A DNA stretch of 64,000 nt from Lingula anatina (GCA_051362555.1 CM120646.1:9982001-10046000); one strand, 5' to 3'; counted from the first letter of the stretch, positions 1-15,928 are shown. Numbers and translations are program-made. Notes: generated by a model not told the origin, from the sequence alone.

Positions 1-1219
1 ATGACATACAAGCCAGTACCAGTATATGGACGGAATGTAAATGAAATCATACATGAAGGAAGAACGTAGTAGGCCTACCAATCAAATATACTGGGTATGT
101 CACGGCTAGTTCTATAGAGAAATATCTGTTTGTTTTCAGTAAACTGCAATAAACTAAATGTATTTTACATTTAAAAAACAAACAAAATAAATAAATAAAT
201 AGCTTGTCAAAAATGTTGTCAAGAATGACAAGGGTGCCATTAAAGAGCTATGAATGTAGTTACCTGCCCAGTCTTTGTGTTTTAGATGGATTTACATGTT
301 CAGATTTTTGGACAGCTGGAATAAACCCCTCCATTCTTTATTGGCCAATGTATTCCCTCTAAAAATAATAATAACAGAAAATAATTCGTTAAAACTTCAA
401 GCTCATTTTGGAATTCAAAGCATTCACGCCAATGCCTAAAGTGGGAAATGTACGATTTTGAAAAATATTGTCGACGCAAAATACGTAGTTATATCATCAA
501 TACAGTACTTACTATCGACTGCTGCAGTTTTCGACGCCAAAATTTCGTTCTTCGTAAGAAAATTGTCGCAGTGTGGCACAGGCTCATTTTTTCTCCATTT
601 TTGCCCACTGACCTTGGTCCTCCCTGAACACCTCTCACCAAAAGGCTCATCTGGATTACATAATAGTACACAGTTGACCACCTTCCGCACCAAGCCTCGA
701 TTTAAGATTTAGACTTTGATAAGGAACAATCATGGATTCGTATTAGCCCTTTCACATAATCCCTGCAGCTGGCTCGTAAATACAACAACTCTGTGTGAGT
801 TGTACTATTTCATCCACGCTTTACTGCAATAAAACGATCTAATGGGATATTTACAAGAGCGAGTTAGTAATGTTTATTATGATAGGGATGAATGCCTTAT
901 ATGAAAAACTCCTAAGATTAGTTTACAATAATATTTTAAGTATTTTCTAACCACTGCTAAACACAGGGGCATGTCTTTCTTTCAGTAAAGCAGAAGGTTA
1001 ACAAAAATTAAGATATAAATCCTTTCTCAACTACAACAGAAGTGACAGTTTTGATAAAATGAATAAGTTGCTTTGATTACAGAACCTTGAAAAATGTGCA
1101 AATTTTAACAAATAATGGAATTGCCCAAATTCCACAAATAACGCAAAAAAAAAAAATCATTCCTTTCGCTCAATATCTTATATTTTTCACGCTGTTCAAA
1201 GCCATAGAGATCAAATATG

Positions 1220-1490
1220 TGATGATTGACGTTTGTTTATATAACCATTCAATCAATCCGACTGAATTTGACAGCCTTCATCAAAATTAATTGAATTTGC
1301 TTAGCAACTGCCAATCAAAGGATATAAAATCTGGAGCTTTGCATGTACGACGACTATAGTGATCAACTGTGTAATGATTGTGACTGACGTTTGTTTTTAA
1401 AACTGTCAATCAAAGTCGTGTGCACTTGACAGCTTCCATCAAAATTGAAGTTAATTGCCTGAATTTATTTGATACCTGTCAATCACAAGA
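1220..1490. repeat. Diverged tandem duplication, period about 160 bp
   Basis: TGACGTTTGTTT...TCAATCAA...TTGACAGC..CATCAAAATT occurs at about 1227 and 1385. Confidence 0.6.
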
Positions 1491-3871
1491 CGTATTATAA
1501 CCCGAGGGCAAAAATGAAGTATTTTTTACGGCATTCTAGGAAAACTTCTCGATAAATGTTCACTGCCTTAGATATGGGCCTCGATAGAACGCTTCCCACT
1601 AACTCGTAACTTTATTAAACCCTCATACCCATAAATCCACGGCTGACAGATCCATGTAAGAATCCCATTAACCGAATCAAATTTTTTCACTTCACAATAA
1701 AAACAGTTGCCCTGTTTGGTAATGACGCTTTGATAATGAGACACTGATCCCGGTGAATCCTGTGATTTGACAACATAATATTTTTGTAAAATTCATTTAA
1801 TTACCGGAGCTATCTCTAAAAAGCAGTTGTCAAATATCATCATACATGTATAATAAACCATTTTTGAGAAAGGGTATAAAATGGTATAAAACGTTTGTTG
1901 GGCTATAATTCTTTCTTTGAAGCTCGAGCGAAACCGAAATTCCAAATATTAATTCAAAATTTGACTTTTATCATACCCTTGTTCTTTGAGAACCAAAGGA
2001 TTTTACAGGATAATTGTATAAAAACTGAATTCTTTTCTTCTCTTTCACGAGGGCCTGGTAAAACCCTTTGCTAAGCTGCCGTTAAGATTAACTAGTTATA
2101 TAGAAAGTACCCGTCTTGTTCGGGCCATAGCTATTTGTACTGTGTAGATTCGGTGTGTTGGTATGAAATATCTTGGGTGTGGGCCCTAAAAATGTATACT
2201 TAGCGTCACAGAATTAATTTAGTCTATTATACTTAAAACAGTTCCTCCTAAAAGTTATTTCTATATCTTATGAAGAATGTGAGAGCAAACATATAATGAT
2301 TAATATTTCTTTCGGACGACTAGACAGAATGCTGGGTAAATAAATGATCCATTTAGTCTAAAGGGGAAGGGGTCGATTTCCGACCTTAGATCTTATAGAA
2401 GAGAATTGTAGGCTGCCTAAATATGTGGCTCTCGCAAATACGTCGGAAAATAAACAGCAACCTTTGTTTTCAGTATCAGTCGGATGTTTTCAAACCACGT
2501 ATGGGCAAGCACGGACTAGATCAACACTAAAAGGAAAACAGTAGCAATGGAAGTAATTCGAAATTCAGCACTACCAACATCGACATCTCTCTTTGCCCAT
2601 TATCACATTTCTATGATTTTAATGGAAAGCGTTGCAATCAGGGAAGACCGCTTCTTGTGTGAAGGCGCCTCCTAGTAAGCCACTTGTCTTGGTAAAGGTC
2701 CTGTCACACAATAGCGTATAGAATCAACGTATGGTAAAATTTGCACATTGTAGTTACTGAAAAAAACTTTTAAAATAGGCACCATTTTGGAAGGACAAAT
2801 TGATAGGATTAAACCATTATTTGTTAATTTAAAAAATCTTCATAAAATGCTGGAAATAACCTATAAATAATGTCTTTAGCCTTAATGATAAAATATTATC
2901 AATATTTTGAAAACCATATAAAAAATAAACAAGTCCTTCCCAAACACTATTTTACAATTTTCCAGATAAAAGTGGTAATTTAATCATAATCAATGATCAA
3001 AACTTTAAATTTCTTTTGGATTCTGGTGTCTAATGGTGCCTGGGTTCAGAAATTAAAAGTTTTGTTAATTTTCCTTTTTCTTTTTTTCTTTTCTTTTCTT
3101 TTTTTATTGAGATATGACGGATTAGAGAAATAAATAATGAAAAAAGCATTGTTTGAATAAGTTGAAAAATATAAAATTGAAGAAATATCTTGTCATGATT
3201 TCATTTTTTAAACTCACTCAATGTCAATACATGTGATATAAGATTATATTAAAGAAAATTATTATATTAATGATAATACTTTATTATTTTATCATAAAAT
3301 TTGAAATTTCCTTAGTAGGTATTTCGAACATATTGAAAATATTTAAGCTGAAAGAAGAGATGAAATATGCATTTTATTCAACGGACCTGTCGATTTTAAA
3401 TTGAGTAATAAAAACTTAGGTCATGTAAGGCCATGTACAAAAACTAGCATGACTGTCATCATGTTTTCTCATTTTTTTCTTTTTCAGATATTTGTTACAT
3501 CATTCAGTCCGTAAATTTCAAGCTTTATTATTGTTTGGGATGAAATTAGCTAGGAGGTTTAATTTGGTAAAATGAAAAATTGGCATTATCTTCTTTAATA
3601 TTTTGATTTCATATTTTGAATCATACCATGATTGTGAAACCATAAAAATGTGATACCAACCTTGTTGGACTTAATGCATGACCAAAACCTGTACCAAGTT
3701 TTAAAAATTAGCATTCCAATAAAACAAAACATTTGCTGTGGAGTCCATTTTTCATCTGTCTCTCCCCTTCCTCATACGCACCGCACACACAAACACAGCC
3801 TATATTATAATGATGCAATTAAACATTCACATAGAAATAATATTTATTGTAAAACGTCAGCAATCACGAGG

Positions 3872-6800
3872 CTACCAGTCTATATCGGTTACTCTTACAG
3901 CCCGTGAAGTCTCCAATGGTCTATTTTGCTTTATGACAGGAAAATCCAGTCGTCCACCCTGACTGGTCATGTAAACATTAGGGTTGACACGAAGCAACTT
4001 CGGAGAAGTCTTACTGCACGCTTTAGGTTCCTTGTCGAACACTCTCTTCTTTTTATAAGTCTCTATTGCTTTGGTAAAATTATAGGCATGTGGTTGGCAT
4101 TTTCTTGACAATTCAATGCTTACTAAACTGCTTTGTTTATTGAGGACTTTTGGATTCCCTTTGTTCCCAAACACTGAATACAACTGAGGACAATTGTTTT
4201 GGGAAAATGTCACGAAAACCGCAGCCTCGGTCTGTGTCTCTGCTGTCCTGGTGACAAGGACGTCACCTCTGCTTACAATGTCACCTGACGTTTGCGCATG
4301 TGCAGTGCGATGATCTGTAGGAGGCTTCTTTGATCCACGAAATCGTCTGCATATCAAGATGATCAAAATGCAGCCCAACGCTATCAGCAGAAGTGGTGTT
4401 ACCGCTGCCAAAAGAAGGTCATACGGTATAGGTAATGGCTCTCCAAGTGTGGAGGAGTTCTAGAAGGGGGAAAATGAAATAAGGTTTAGTGTATACACAT
4501 GCATGCAAAAACCAGGCTGAAAAGCAGGACAAATAGAATCGTTGAATCGTATCGTATCAATATATATTAAATTTACCAGAAAATTTTTGTACAGAACGCA
4601 CATTATTTCCAATAAATGCTACAGAAAACGCCACCAACACAGAGGATTAGAAAATAGCCTATACTCAAATCAATATGCAAGTGTCGACTCGCAAGACTGT
4701 TGTATTTAAACATAGGGCCCTTAATGAATGCACTCAGAAAATTCACTTAAGAACTACACAAAAGGGACCCAAAAGCAAATATGAAGTAGAATACCATATA
4801 ACATTAGAATAACTGTCCATATTTTTCCCCTTTTCTGAGACGCAAATGACTGAAACTGAACATGCCAAAAATAAAACATCAATTCTATAAAATAATTTAA
4901 TGTAATTAGGTCTAGCAACCTTTGACGTCTATTTGTGGATTGTATGTCATGTAAATTATCCTTTAATACCATGATTAATATTTTCGAATAGAAAAAACAA
5001 ATTTTATATGTACATGTACTTACGTGAGACAAGATATCATCTGAATTATTCTGGTTAACTACATGTATTTTCCGTGTAACATGTTCCACGTCACCTCCCG
5101 CCTCTGTAACACTGGTTGGATTTCCACTCTCTGTTGTTGTGTCGGTTAGCATATTATGTGCAAACGTGCTGCTTTCCGTTTTGGCTCTTTCAACTTCCAC
5201 TGCGGTCGTGCATCTTTCAGTTGTCGTAAAGGAGGTTGAAGTTACAGTGTGGTCTGAGGCACGGGTTTTAGCAACGCCACCGAATTCACCCAACTGCCCC
5301 TGAGGCGTAATTTTCTTCTCGAAAGGCACTGCCCTCTCGGGTTGAAGGGGGCGATTGCGCCTGGCACTTCCATAATCCTCGTCTGTGAGGCCATCTCCGT
5401 CGTCATCTTCTATATTGAAAAGTTCCTCGTCGATTCTACCGTCACAATCGTTGTCAATTCCGTCGTTATATCTCGGCGTTGTTCTCCTACAGCGTCGGTT
5501 TAAGAGCCCAAGGCCAGCAGGGAAGGCGTAAGACTCACCAAACGCTTTGCCGTAGACATATGCACCGAACTTTACTCCAGGGGTCTCGTGACTCAGCACG
5601 TGCCTTCCAGGAGATACCTGTAATTGTGTAACGGAATATCCGTGTGTCATTCTAGTCCAGTTTGTTACAATTGGCTTATAATCATGTCTTAGGCCATTGG
5701 TTTCATTTCTGCGAGATATAATGTTAATATAATGCTTATATCCTCCCAGGTTCGGTGTCGGGAATGAGTATCTCTCCAGGAACTGCTGTGTGGGCTGCAA
5801 ATAGACGGCAAACGGATCCCCTCGGCGCCGACCCAAGGGCACTGATCGGGAAAACTGATACACGGAGACTGGTAAAACAGATTCAACATAGCAGGGGGAA
5901 TGTGACTCTGTGACCAGTTTAACATACCTGGTGTTGACGCTGTGCGTTTCCGTTGTCTCTCCACACTGAAGAGTCACGTTGATGGTGTGCTGGGATCCTG
6001 CAATGATATGAGCACGTATTTAGAGTACAAGTATATAAGCAGAGGAGTAAATATCAAACCATGTAAGTTGAAAACGTTTACTCAGTGCAACATGATATCA
6101 AGTATCTGGAAAAAGGCTACCAAAGTCTAAAAATAAAGATCACCCACGCCACCCCGACACGCAAAATTTGAACATTGCGTTTGCGGACTATGTTTTGGTA
6201 ACCAGCCTCAGGAATTTCAAAAAGACTTTCCCGTGTAACCGTTTGATTAATTTCAGAGGCAATGCCATGAAATATTTAATGACATTTAATGGAGAAATTA
6301 AACTTTAAACTGAAGGGCGTTTTAACTATTTTAACTATACGGTACATAAAACCATCACTGTGTTAAATATATTTTAAAGATTAAATATTTAAAAATCAAA
6401 ATAACATATATAAAAGAAACAAGAAAGCTAACTTACCAATGACTGTATATATATTCTCTCCCGGTCGACTGGTTGGTACCAGCACGAACGCTGTCCCCCA
6501 GGTGTTCACAGGAGGCAAGGTTTCGACAAGGTGGTCTCCAGTGTTTTCATTAGGAGCCCCGCCCACAGAGGTTTTCATGTTCCCTGATAACGCAAATATT
6601 GGTCTGCTTGCCAAGATCTTAGTTCCCGTGAAGTCCACATTGGACTGTACTTGAAAAGTCTGAAACCGATTCAGAACTACGTGAATCATGTCGCCGCTAC
6701 GATAGGTGAAGCCGTTGTAAACCACGGTTAGATTTGGGGTCAGGGGATTTAACTCAATGTTCACATCTGTCGCATCAGAGGTCGCCACCAAGGCAATCTG

Positions 6801-9800
6801 GGAGTAAGCGGGACTGTCTCCCAGCACAGGCGCCGAACTTACTGCATAGTAGTCAACTGACAGCGATGACGTTGGTATAGCTATAAAGCCGTCGTTACTA
6901 TATCGCTGTCTATTAACTCCAAACACGCAAATGTTCTCAGTGGCAGTGATAAGTATCCCTTTATTTTCCAGTGCAGTCCCTTTCATTGCTAGATCTAATG
7001 GAATGTCCACGGTTAGAGTATCATTGTACCGAACTGATCTAGTAGTAGAGGGGAATGTATGATTTGGAAATAATGGAGACGAGATAGTCACAGCCACTGG
7101 CACTACTGCATCCGTCACGATTAGAAGGCGTGGTCTATATGGACCCCATGGAACATTTTCTGTGAACCCTATGATAAACTCTGTTCCCGCATTGGTCGGC
7201 ACGCCTGGAACAAATGACAAAAGTTGGGATTTGCAATAGCATTTAAGATATTTTTGTATGGTGTACTCTAAAAGTAGTTAATATTACCATCTGAAATGGA
7301 AATTAAATTGTAGGTTCCTTTGACATGAAAAAAAAGAATTAAAAAAGTATTACACGTGTATCTGAATACAATTGGTTGATCTTGATAGTTGACTTACATG
7401 AGACGAATTCCACATCTCGTTTTATAACTTAATACAAAATAAGCTGATCAGCTGTTATTGCTGGTGGGATTCAGGAAAAGCGCATATGCTATAGTTATAA
7501 GGGGCATTTCAGTGCACAGGGGTGGCAAAACTTGATATGGTGACTGACATTAGGAAAATGATTAAGTAAACGTATTCGAACAGTAGAGAAAAAATAAGTT
7601 AAATCGAAAATACTTGTTAAATAACTGTTACTCAGTCATTGGCGAAGCACGTAGATGAAATGGATCAGGCTAGCTTCAATGGATTTTATTTTGTAGCAAT
7701 TTAAAACCAGAAGTTAAACAGTTCTCATGTGAAATGTGATAATTCTTTACACCCAAATTTCAATTAAAGGATGACTTAGACATTTTTTTATTATAAAGTT
7801 ATTCAAAGCAAAAATATCGGTGGGCATGGGGATTCTAGGGATTTCTGTCTCAGGATTATTCATCCCTTGTGACGAATACGGATACGTATTACAGATAGAC
7901 TAGTTACAAAACAAGCAGGTAACAAGCACAAGTTACACAGAAATATTGGAAGCATTTAAACAAAAACATCTGTGGATATTAATAGAAGATGTGTCATAGC
8001 GTGATATTTAAAAGACAATACGTAATAAATGTAAACAAGTCAAAACCTGAGTGTAAGCTAATATAATCTGACGGTGCCACTGTCTACTGACACACAGCCT
8101 GGTGTGACTACAGTCGGCTACAAACGATCCAACGTGACAAGGCATTTCCCCTGGATCATCTTGTACAATCTGAACCTCTTTACGCTGTGACTTATGATAG
8201 CGTCAAAACATGAACATATTTGTGTTTGGTGATGCCTAGGATGACTTATGGCTCTCTGCTACTTAAAATGAAAGATGTCTGTAACCACGGGCCCATAAGG
8301 TACACGTGTCAAATTATTTATTACGGCCAATGTACGAAATGGCAGATAGTTTTGGTGAACGAATGCCGCACTGCCTGTCCTAGTGGGAACGCATGCGGTA
8401 CGTGATGACATGTGTTTCTAGTGTGGCAAAATTTATATCGCGTCTGCCTGGCGATTTAACACTTTCAAATATAACAAGAAACTCAAATGTAAGCAAATGT
8501 TTATTTTAGTCTGTTGAAACTTGATTTAAACTTCCTAGAAAATACCCTCGCTGATGATTGCATTCAGCGTGCAACAACACTTTTTTATTTACTTTTATTT
8601 TTTATTTATTTTTATTTTTTTTTTTTTTTCGTCAAGCGATTCGACTTATTTGACTTGCATGTCTGTCGGCCATGAAAATAATTTTCTGGGAATTCTATTA
8701 TGGCTTCATGTCATCAGTACCGTTCTATGTATCAAAATCAATCATAAACATCTGCATTTATTTATTTTCTAATTGTCCAGACCTCCCACGTGTGCGTGCT
8801 GTTGTTCGTGTGATATATAGCCCAGGCCCACTCCCCGGCATGGCGTGTGTGGCAGATGTTTTGGAAGAGCAGAGGAATTGTTTACATACCACGGTCGGGC
8901 ACACAGATGGGACCCCAAATTAAAAAATACTACTATATTCCCTTGGAAAAAAGATGAAAAGTAAGAGGAAACCCAGTAAAAGTTATACCCAGTATTTATA
9001 CCCAGTATTTATGCACGTAGAGGATGCTACTACAGGTACATGGATGCATGTAACACCATTCCCTGAGGAAGTATTTCCGAAGAGTGGAGATTGGATTGAA
9101 TAGGCCACTTCTTTTTTTTTTCTTCTTACAAAATAAAATCATATTTGATCCACACAATAATACAAACTAACAGTTTATTTTGTCAAAAGCTCATCGTAAA
9201 TTTACAGTGCACACCGCAATCAGAATAATCGCAATGACCCTTCAAGACCTGCCTGTCTGCCCGCCACAACAATTTGGACAAACATTTGAAGTTCTTGAAA
9301 CCTAACCCTTAAAAATAGACTTCTGAAATAACATTTTTAAGTTTACAATATCATGTTGATCTTTGGCACCTAATTGTTTTATGAAACAATAAAAGTGCCA
9401 CTATGGCAAAGTGCGTATCTGCGACCCGTGTAAAACAATTGTCAGCTGCAACAAATTGAACACAAGAGCCCTCCAGTCCTGTTCTTTGATCGATATGTCC
9501 GAATATGCAGTTTTCGTCTATTTCAATTTTAAATGAAAATGAAAAAAAAATATGGAAGAAGGTGCGTCAAAACGATGAAATAGTACAAAATTATTAACAA
9601 GAAAATAAGAAACTATGAAATCATAAGACACTTACCACTACATAAAGAAAAATGTGTATTTTTTCTGTTGTTCTATACAAGTATATGAAAGCGATCACTT
9701 GGAGCTTTCAGTGTTCGTGTCTTTGAAATGCCCCACAGCACGCAAGCAACACTACAAAGGCAAAACTATATTGCCTTCTGCTTTCTAAAACTTCTCTTTC

Positions 9801-12800
9801 ATTGAAAATATTCCAAATCATTGCCACACGAATTTGATGCCTCAAAGTCTAACAATGGTCGTTCTCATTTTTTTCTTGTGTACAAGACAGATTATATGCA
9901 TGTGCAAGATGACTATAAGAGGTTTTTATACTACAGAATACTCAATATTTTAAAAGAAATAATGTGGCTGTACATTTTTGTCATTACAAGATTTTTATCA
10001 CCGTGCATGACAGCCGTGCCTTTATCTAGTAGCAAATAATGTAAAATATATACTGTGAAATGTAAAGAGTCACTTCATCTTGTACCGTTTAAAAGACACT
10101 TGATTGCAGAATGCCAAGTCAACTTTTAAGACGGCTCTACGGTATTTCGCATTTAATTGTATTATATCGTTATAAGTAGACGTCGGTAGTTTTACGATGT
10201 GTGCGATCGGTGCGAAATATCATAACATGCACTTTGTACTTAAATACTGATAAATGTGTTAACATCGATCCTAAACTGGTAAAAATTTGTTAAATTTTTT
10301 TATTTCAATTGTTGTACTCTTTGACCTCACGCGTTCACGGTTCTGGTCACATCTGTTGTCACCTCATTTTTAAAGTAAAACAATGAAACATTAGCTTTCA
10401 CTATAAACACGCTTAGATCTTTCCAACAACGTGTATTTGGACACGAAAAGCTCTTAAATCAATGCATTGGACAGAATGGAGGCATTTTCTTTAAAAAGGG
10501 GGAAAAGCGCAGCAGTGTGTATCTGTTGATATTTTGGAATAATCTTTACTTCGGGATATCTATCCTTACACAGTACATGTACGCGTTACACAGGGTATGG
10601 CAGGCAAATGGCTCAGTCGATAAAAACTTAGTTTGGTCGTTCAAGGGAGTGACAAGTGCATGTGTTTGTTTGTGTATGTGTGCGTATCAATTTATTTGTG
10701 CATGTGTATGTCCATTGCGTTGATCAATCCCAGTGAAGAGTGTTTTCTTGCCCAGTGGCTTTTAAGCATTACATGTGACGCCAATATGTGCGGTGTAAAA
10801 ACCTTATTCGTTTGTATGTTCTTTGTACTGCTTTTAACGGTGTTATGAAATTATACGTTTTCTTAAAAAGTTAAGACTAGTAGTTTCGTTAAAAGAATCC
10901 ATTTCAGTTTTCTCTTGCACGTGTGGTCTCTGGTTTTTGCTAAGATCACTAGACACACAAATTAAACAATATTGTACTGTGTTGAAGCCAACAGCAGGGC
11001 CAAAACAACCCATGCCTCTGGCATGAATACATGAGCATGCACACACAGCCACAGAAATACACACACACATATACATAACACGCAAATCTAATATGTACAT
11101 GTAAACGGACATGTGCCATGTGCGTGCACGGACGATTGTTAATACACACACACACACACAAGTTGCAGTCACACGCACATATTGAGCTGTAGTACTAGTG
11201 CTGCATGTGTCGCGTGTTGTACCAAAACAAAGTTCATCTGGACTCGTTGGTATGAAAACAAACAGTCCAGGTCAGGATTTTTTTAGGTGGTGCTCGTGCA
11301 CATTAGTTCTGTATAATATTCAGAGTAAATACCACAGGCAGAAACAGGGAGGAAGGTAATCCATTTTTCGAAAAAAAATGAGAATTGGGGAATAAAATAG
11401 AGACGAACGGTTTGTGAAATATCTCAAATTACACCATATCTTCAAAGCGTCCTCGAAGCAAATAAGCACCCGCAACCATTTCGTATCTAGACCCGTTAGT
11501 GAAAATCTTTATTGTAAACTTCTTACAACCCCTTTCTCTCTCTCTCTCATTTTAATGAAATGTTAAAACAGGGTAAACTACAATTGTAGTTTGTTTTATA
11601 TTGCGATAGGTATAAAGGGCAACTCTATGGGATTTACCCGCCAAAATGGATTTGCCTGGGGAAGTAAGTAATTTTCTCGTACTCACGAATCGTTTATCTA
11701 TTCCTATCTGCACTTGGATTCGACCTTTAATTGAATTAATAAAGATCGATTTAGTTTACAATGACGGCCAGTCATTATAGCCAGCAACCATCTTCCTAAG
11801 TTCCAGTGGCAATATCAGGGAGGCTCCAGAAAAATATTTAAGGGTTAAATCGCTGTGTGGTTTTCGTGTAAGGTTTTGTAATAATCTGTGGATGGTAAAA
11901 ATAAGCATTTGTGGCGTTTTGAAGCCCATGGAGTGTACCTTTAACAGGTTCATAAAAACAAACGTTTTTGAACTTGTAACTGTCTTCGTAGTAATTTATA
12001 TATATACTTCTCTGTTCACCACAAGATCAGGTAGATGAGAAATGACGGTGCATGGTAGACGAAACTGCCACACTAGAAACTGCAACTACTCATTTTTACC
12101 ACTTTTTTTCGACATTTCAAGATCTGTCATCGCTCCTGTGGCCATCTCAGAAAATTGAATTTCCAGAAATTACATGACGATTTTGTCATGTCAATTAACT
12201 TGCTCTTGGTTAAATAAGAAATGCAGTTGCTTTCCTACCAGTAAAGGGTTTATGTTTCGTTTGTCTCTCGTCGCGTCTGATCAACACTTTATTACGATGG
12301 TACATGCATGTTTCAACTCAAGGGGGTCGAAGTAAATATTCCCTCACTAGAGATATATGAGTATTGTATGGGGTTAAAGAAAAAATTAGAACAAGCTACT
12401 CGTATTGATCATGATTGGACAGTTATCCCTGGACAATTGTCCCCAAGGGGAATACTACCATCACATTAAATACAATATTCGTAGATCATAGGCCTTGTTA
12501 AAGGTATCAGGACAATCGGAAAATCCCCCCCCCCGGACAATTCCTCCCCGAACAATCCCCCCCAGGACAATCCCCCCCCCCCCCCTCCGGACGACCCCCC
12601 CCCCCCCCCCGAAGAATATATATTTATATACAAATATAGAGTAAAAAAGTATGAAGCTCAAATCTTTTCATCTATTGTATGAATATTTCTAAGTGTGATG
12701 ATGCAACTCGAAGACAGAGAATATTAATTCCATTAAACAAATTATTTTCATGGAGCACAAGTATAGAAAAATTCAGAAATAGAAGTACAGCAATTTTTAA

Positions 12801-15800
12801 TAAAAATCTAATCAAAGTATATCTCCAGGTAAAGTGTGGTTAGCAAATGATCTCACACATCCAGGTAACCCTTTGATGAATTAAGTGTTACTTTTAATTG
12901 CTTAATTCCCCCCCCCCTTTGATTAAGTAAGCCTTGAATCAAGGTGCATCTCTAGGGAGAGGTGGGGTAAACAGATTCTCTCACTTATACAGGTATACCT
13001 TTGATTATCTGTCACTTTTAATTGTTTGACTACTATCCACCTACCCACTTCCCACCTCACTAAAAATATAATTTTAAAAATATGTTTACCTGTTCATCTG
13101 TTTATCCCACCTTTACCTGGAGAATAGGTGGTTATACTTTGATCAGATATTTAATAATACTTTCTCTACTTGTACTCAATGAAAAAGGAATTTGTTATAA
13201 AATAATTTGTTTAATGATGAAGTTGTATTATCACACTAAAAATTATATATGAAATGAATGAAATGTTTTGAACTTTACACTCCCTGAATGTGAGTGAAGG
13301 TAACCACAATTATCGTGCATTGCAGCGCAATGGGATTTGTTTCTAATGCTCATGTTGTTACAAATATGAAGCTGCACATACAGTACAGACAGTATATTTG
13401 GTCAACCACAGTTACCCCTTAATATTGTCCAGATCCTACAGTAGCGTTGCCATAACAATAACCTGGAGGACTGTTCAGGCCATCTCAGGACAAGTTAATT
13501 ATTCCACCACTTTAAGCATCCAATCCTGAATTTTCCCGCCAATTCGATTTTGCCTCGAAATAGAGAGCATTTTTTATTTAAGAGCCATTGCTCAATCCGT
13601 CCCTGCACTTAATGGCGATGTTTTATACTCTTTCCAATTAAATGATTTAGCTCTGAATTACTTATTAGGCACTTACAGTGTCATGTCTTCTAGTACAGTT
13701 CAGAGGGAAATATCGACATCAAACACTTTTATTTCTTGAGTTGCATCATTTTAAGGTCTCAATTGAGAGAGGTAATAGGTAGATTCACAGGATAGGTGGA
13801 AATAGAACATACGTACGAGTATGGGTCATTTTCAAACGCGGACAGTATACCTTCAAACGATATCTGAACTGTTGGATTTTTCTTTTATACTTTGATAAAT
13901 GATTTCTATGGTAAACTAGGCCAGACCTGACTTCTGTAGAACTTCCGCATATACTGTACCGTAATGTAAGCCCTCAGTGTCAGATCCTAAACTGCCAGTG
14001 GGTTCAAATCTTACAAAAACCTATTTCTAAGAAGAGCATTTACAAACGTTAGGATTTGAAATGGATGGTACGTGGAATTTGTCGTTATTGAGAAAATGAA
14101 ACATGTAAATGGGAGTTCTTATTAATTACTGATATTGTTTAATTAATTCAATTAATTACCAACACATGAAATACGACCACCGCTGTTTGTTAATCTTTTT
14201 TCGAAAAGATTAGAAATACCTGTCCATTGCCAGTGCGTACATTTATAATAATAATAATAATTATTATTATTATTATTATTATGCATCACACCAGAGTCGA
14301 ATGCATTTTTGCCGCCGTTTTTTACTGGAGGAGATTCAGATATAGTCTGGCTAGACATGATGACCGTCTCTTGACCTGCGTGGCCTGGATGGGGTGGGGG
14401 CTTCACTCTTTAAGGGAGATCGATACGTTACGATGTATTTCCGTATCCGCGGAAATAAACATCGTCATGTAATAAGCTAATGCTGCCCAACATATCGGGG
14501 AGAATTTGCGTACTCATACTGATGACGCAACAGAAGCGTTTTTTTTGGGGTGAAAACTGATATCAATTTCAGGCTGATCTAATTTATCGCAACAATAACT
14601 ACTACAATCTGTTGCCAGAAACTTTCTTGAAAGGTTTGCTTCTGTTTTTATTAGTAGAGAGGCGAAGTAATGACCTTTGTTAAGTACCAGTCTCTGTAAG
14701 AATCGGAAAAATAACACAATGACATTAGAACACGATCCTCTCAGATTTTGCCTTCTTAAAACTAATATACCGGTATTTCAAGGCCAAAAATGAATATTTT
14801 AATCAGTTAATTTTTAGAGCATTTTATAGTCGAGATTGGAATTTGACCTCCCATATGCTTCCTTATAAAAAGTGTACAGGCAACCCTTTATTCACTCACT
14901 TATTACTCATATGGCCGACGTAATTATGAAAGCTGGGTATGTTAGAAATATTCAAAGTATATTTTGGTCCCAATGATGAAATGTTGAAAATTCAACATTT
15001 TCATTTTCTTTCTAATTTTTAAAGATCAGAAAAAATAAGCGCTTCATTATTTGTTTTAAGTTCAAGTAAGACATGATATTAAATGACATACATGTACAGT
15101 TTCATCATTTTTCTTAGTCCCTGACGAATGCACATAAACCGAAATCTCGAGCGTTTTATACCTTGTTTTATCTGATCTTTATAGGTGCGTTTTTAATTTC
15201 TTAACAATATATAAAACTGTTAATATATAAGTAGAACGTTAGCCTAGATTTTTTTGGACATTTGAACCAGCTGTTATTAATGTAAAGTTAACAGATCTAT
15301 GCATTCATTGTGATCAAATAGGGGGCGTCTCGATAGTCCGAAGGTTCATTGGTCCGAAGGTTCATTGGTCCGAAAAATGGTAACTCTTTCATCGGTTTTT
15401 TTAATCAAGGGTTCATTGGTCCGAAGGTTCTATAGCGCACATTCGGACCAATGAACCTTCGGACTATTGAACCTTCGGACTATTGCTACGGCCACCATTT
15501 CCCCCTAAAACCATGTCTTGGTATTAATTTCATTTATTGTTTAAGGCAAAAAAATAGTGTTACTGCATGAGGAATGTTATAAGCGTTGTTATAAATGTTG
15601 TTATCAATGTATTCTTAATACCACACACATCAGTTGCTGATTTTCCAGGGGCGTGTGAAAAAAATTAATTTTTTATCTTGGCTAAGATTGCTGACAGTCG
15701 GCTGCCATACAACAGGGACGCTGACCTCACCAAGTTGACCCCACAGCGGTCTATGAAAGATTGGCAACAATTCGGGGAGCTGGCTCCCACCGTGCGTTAA

Positions 15801-15848
15801 CTTAAAAACTGAGAAAGCGGACCTTGATATTACCTTTAATTGACGGCT

Positions 15849-15928
<80 letters not shown>

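Noticed and set aside
4754-5023. Hydrophobic C-terminal part of the 407-aa ORF
   Set aside because: Intron readthrough beyond the CAC|GTAAGT donor at 5024; the real TM segment is in the next exon.
7288-7290. Possible 3-nt microexon (ttccatttcag|ATG|gtaata, minus strand) in the IgGFc-domain gene
   Set aside because: Frame-neutral and plausible but unsupported without transcripts; the gene model works without it.
10517-11178. Cys/Val-rich ORFs
   Set aside because: Translations of degenerate TG/CA microsatellite sequence.
14245-14281. (ATA)n(ATT)n self-complementary tract and poly-Ile ORF
   Set aside because: Common simple repeat; no evidence of function.
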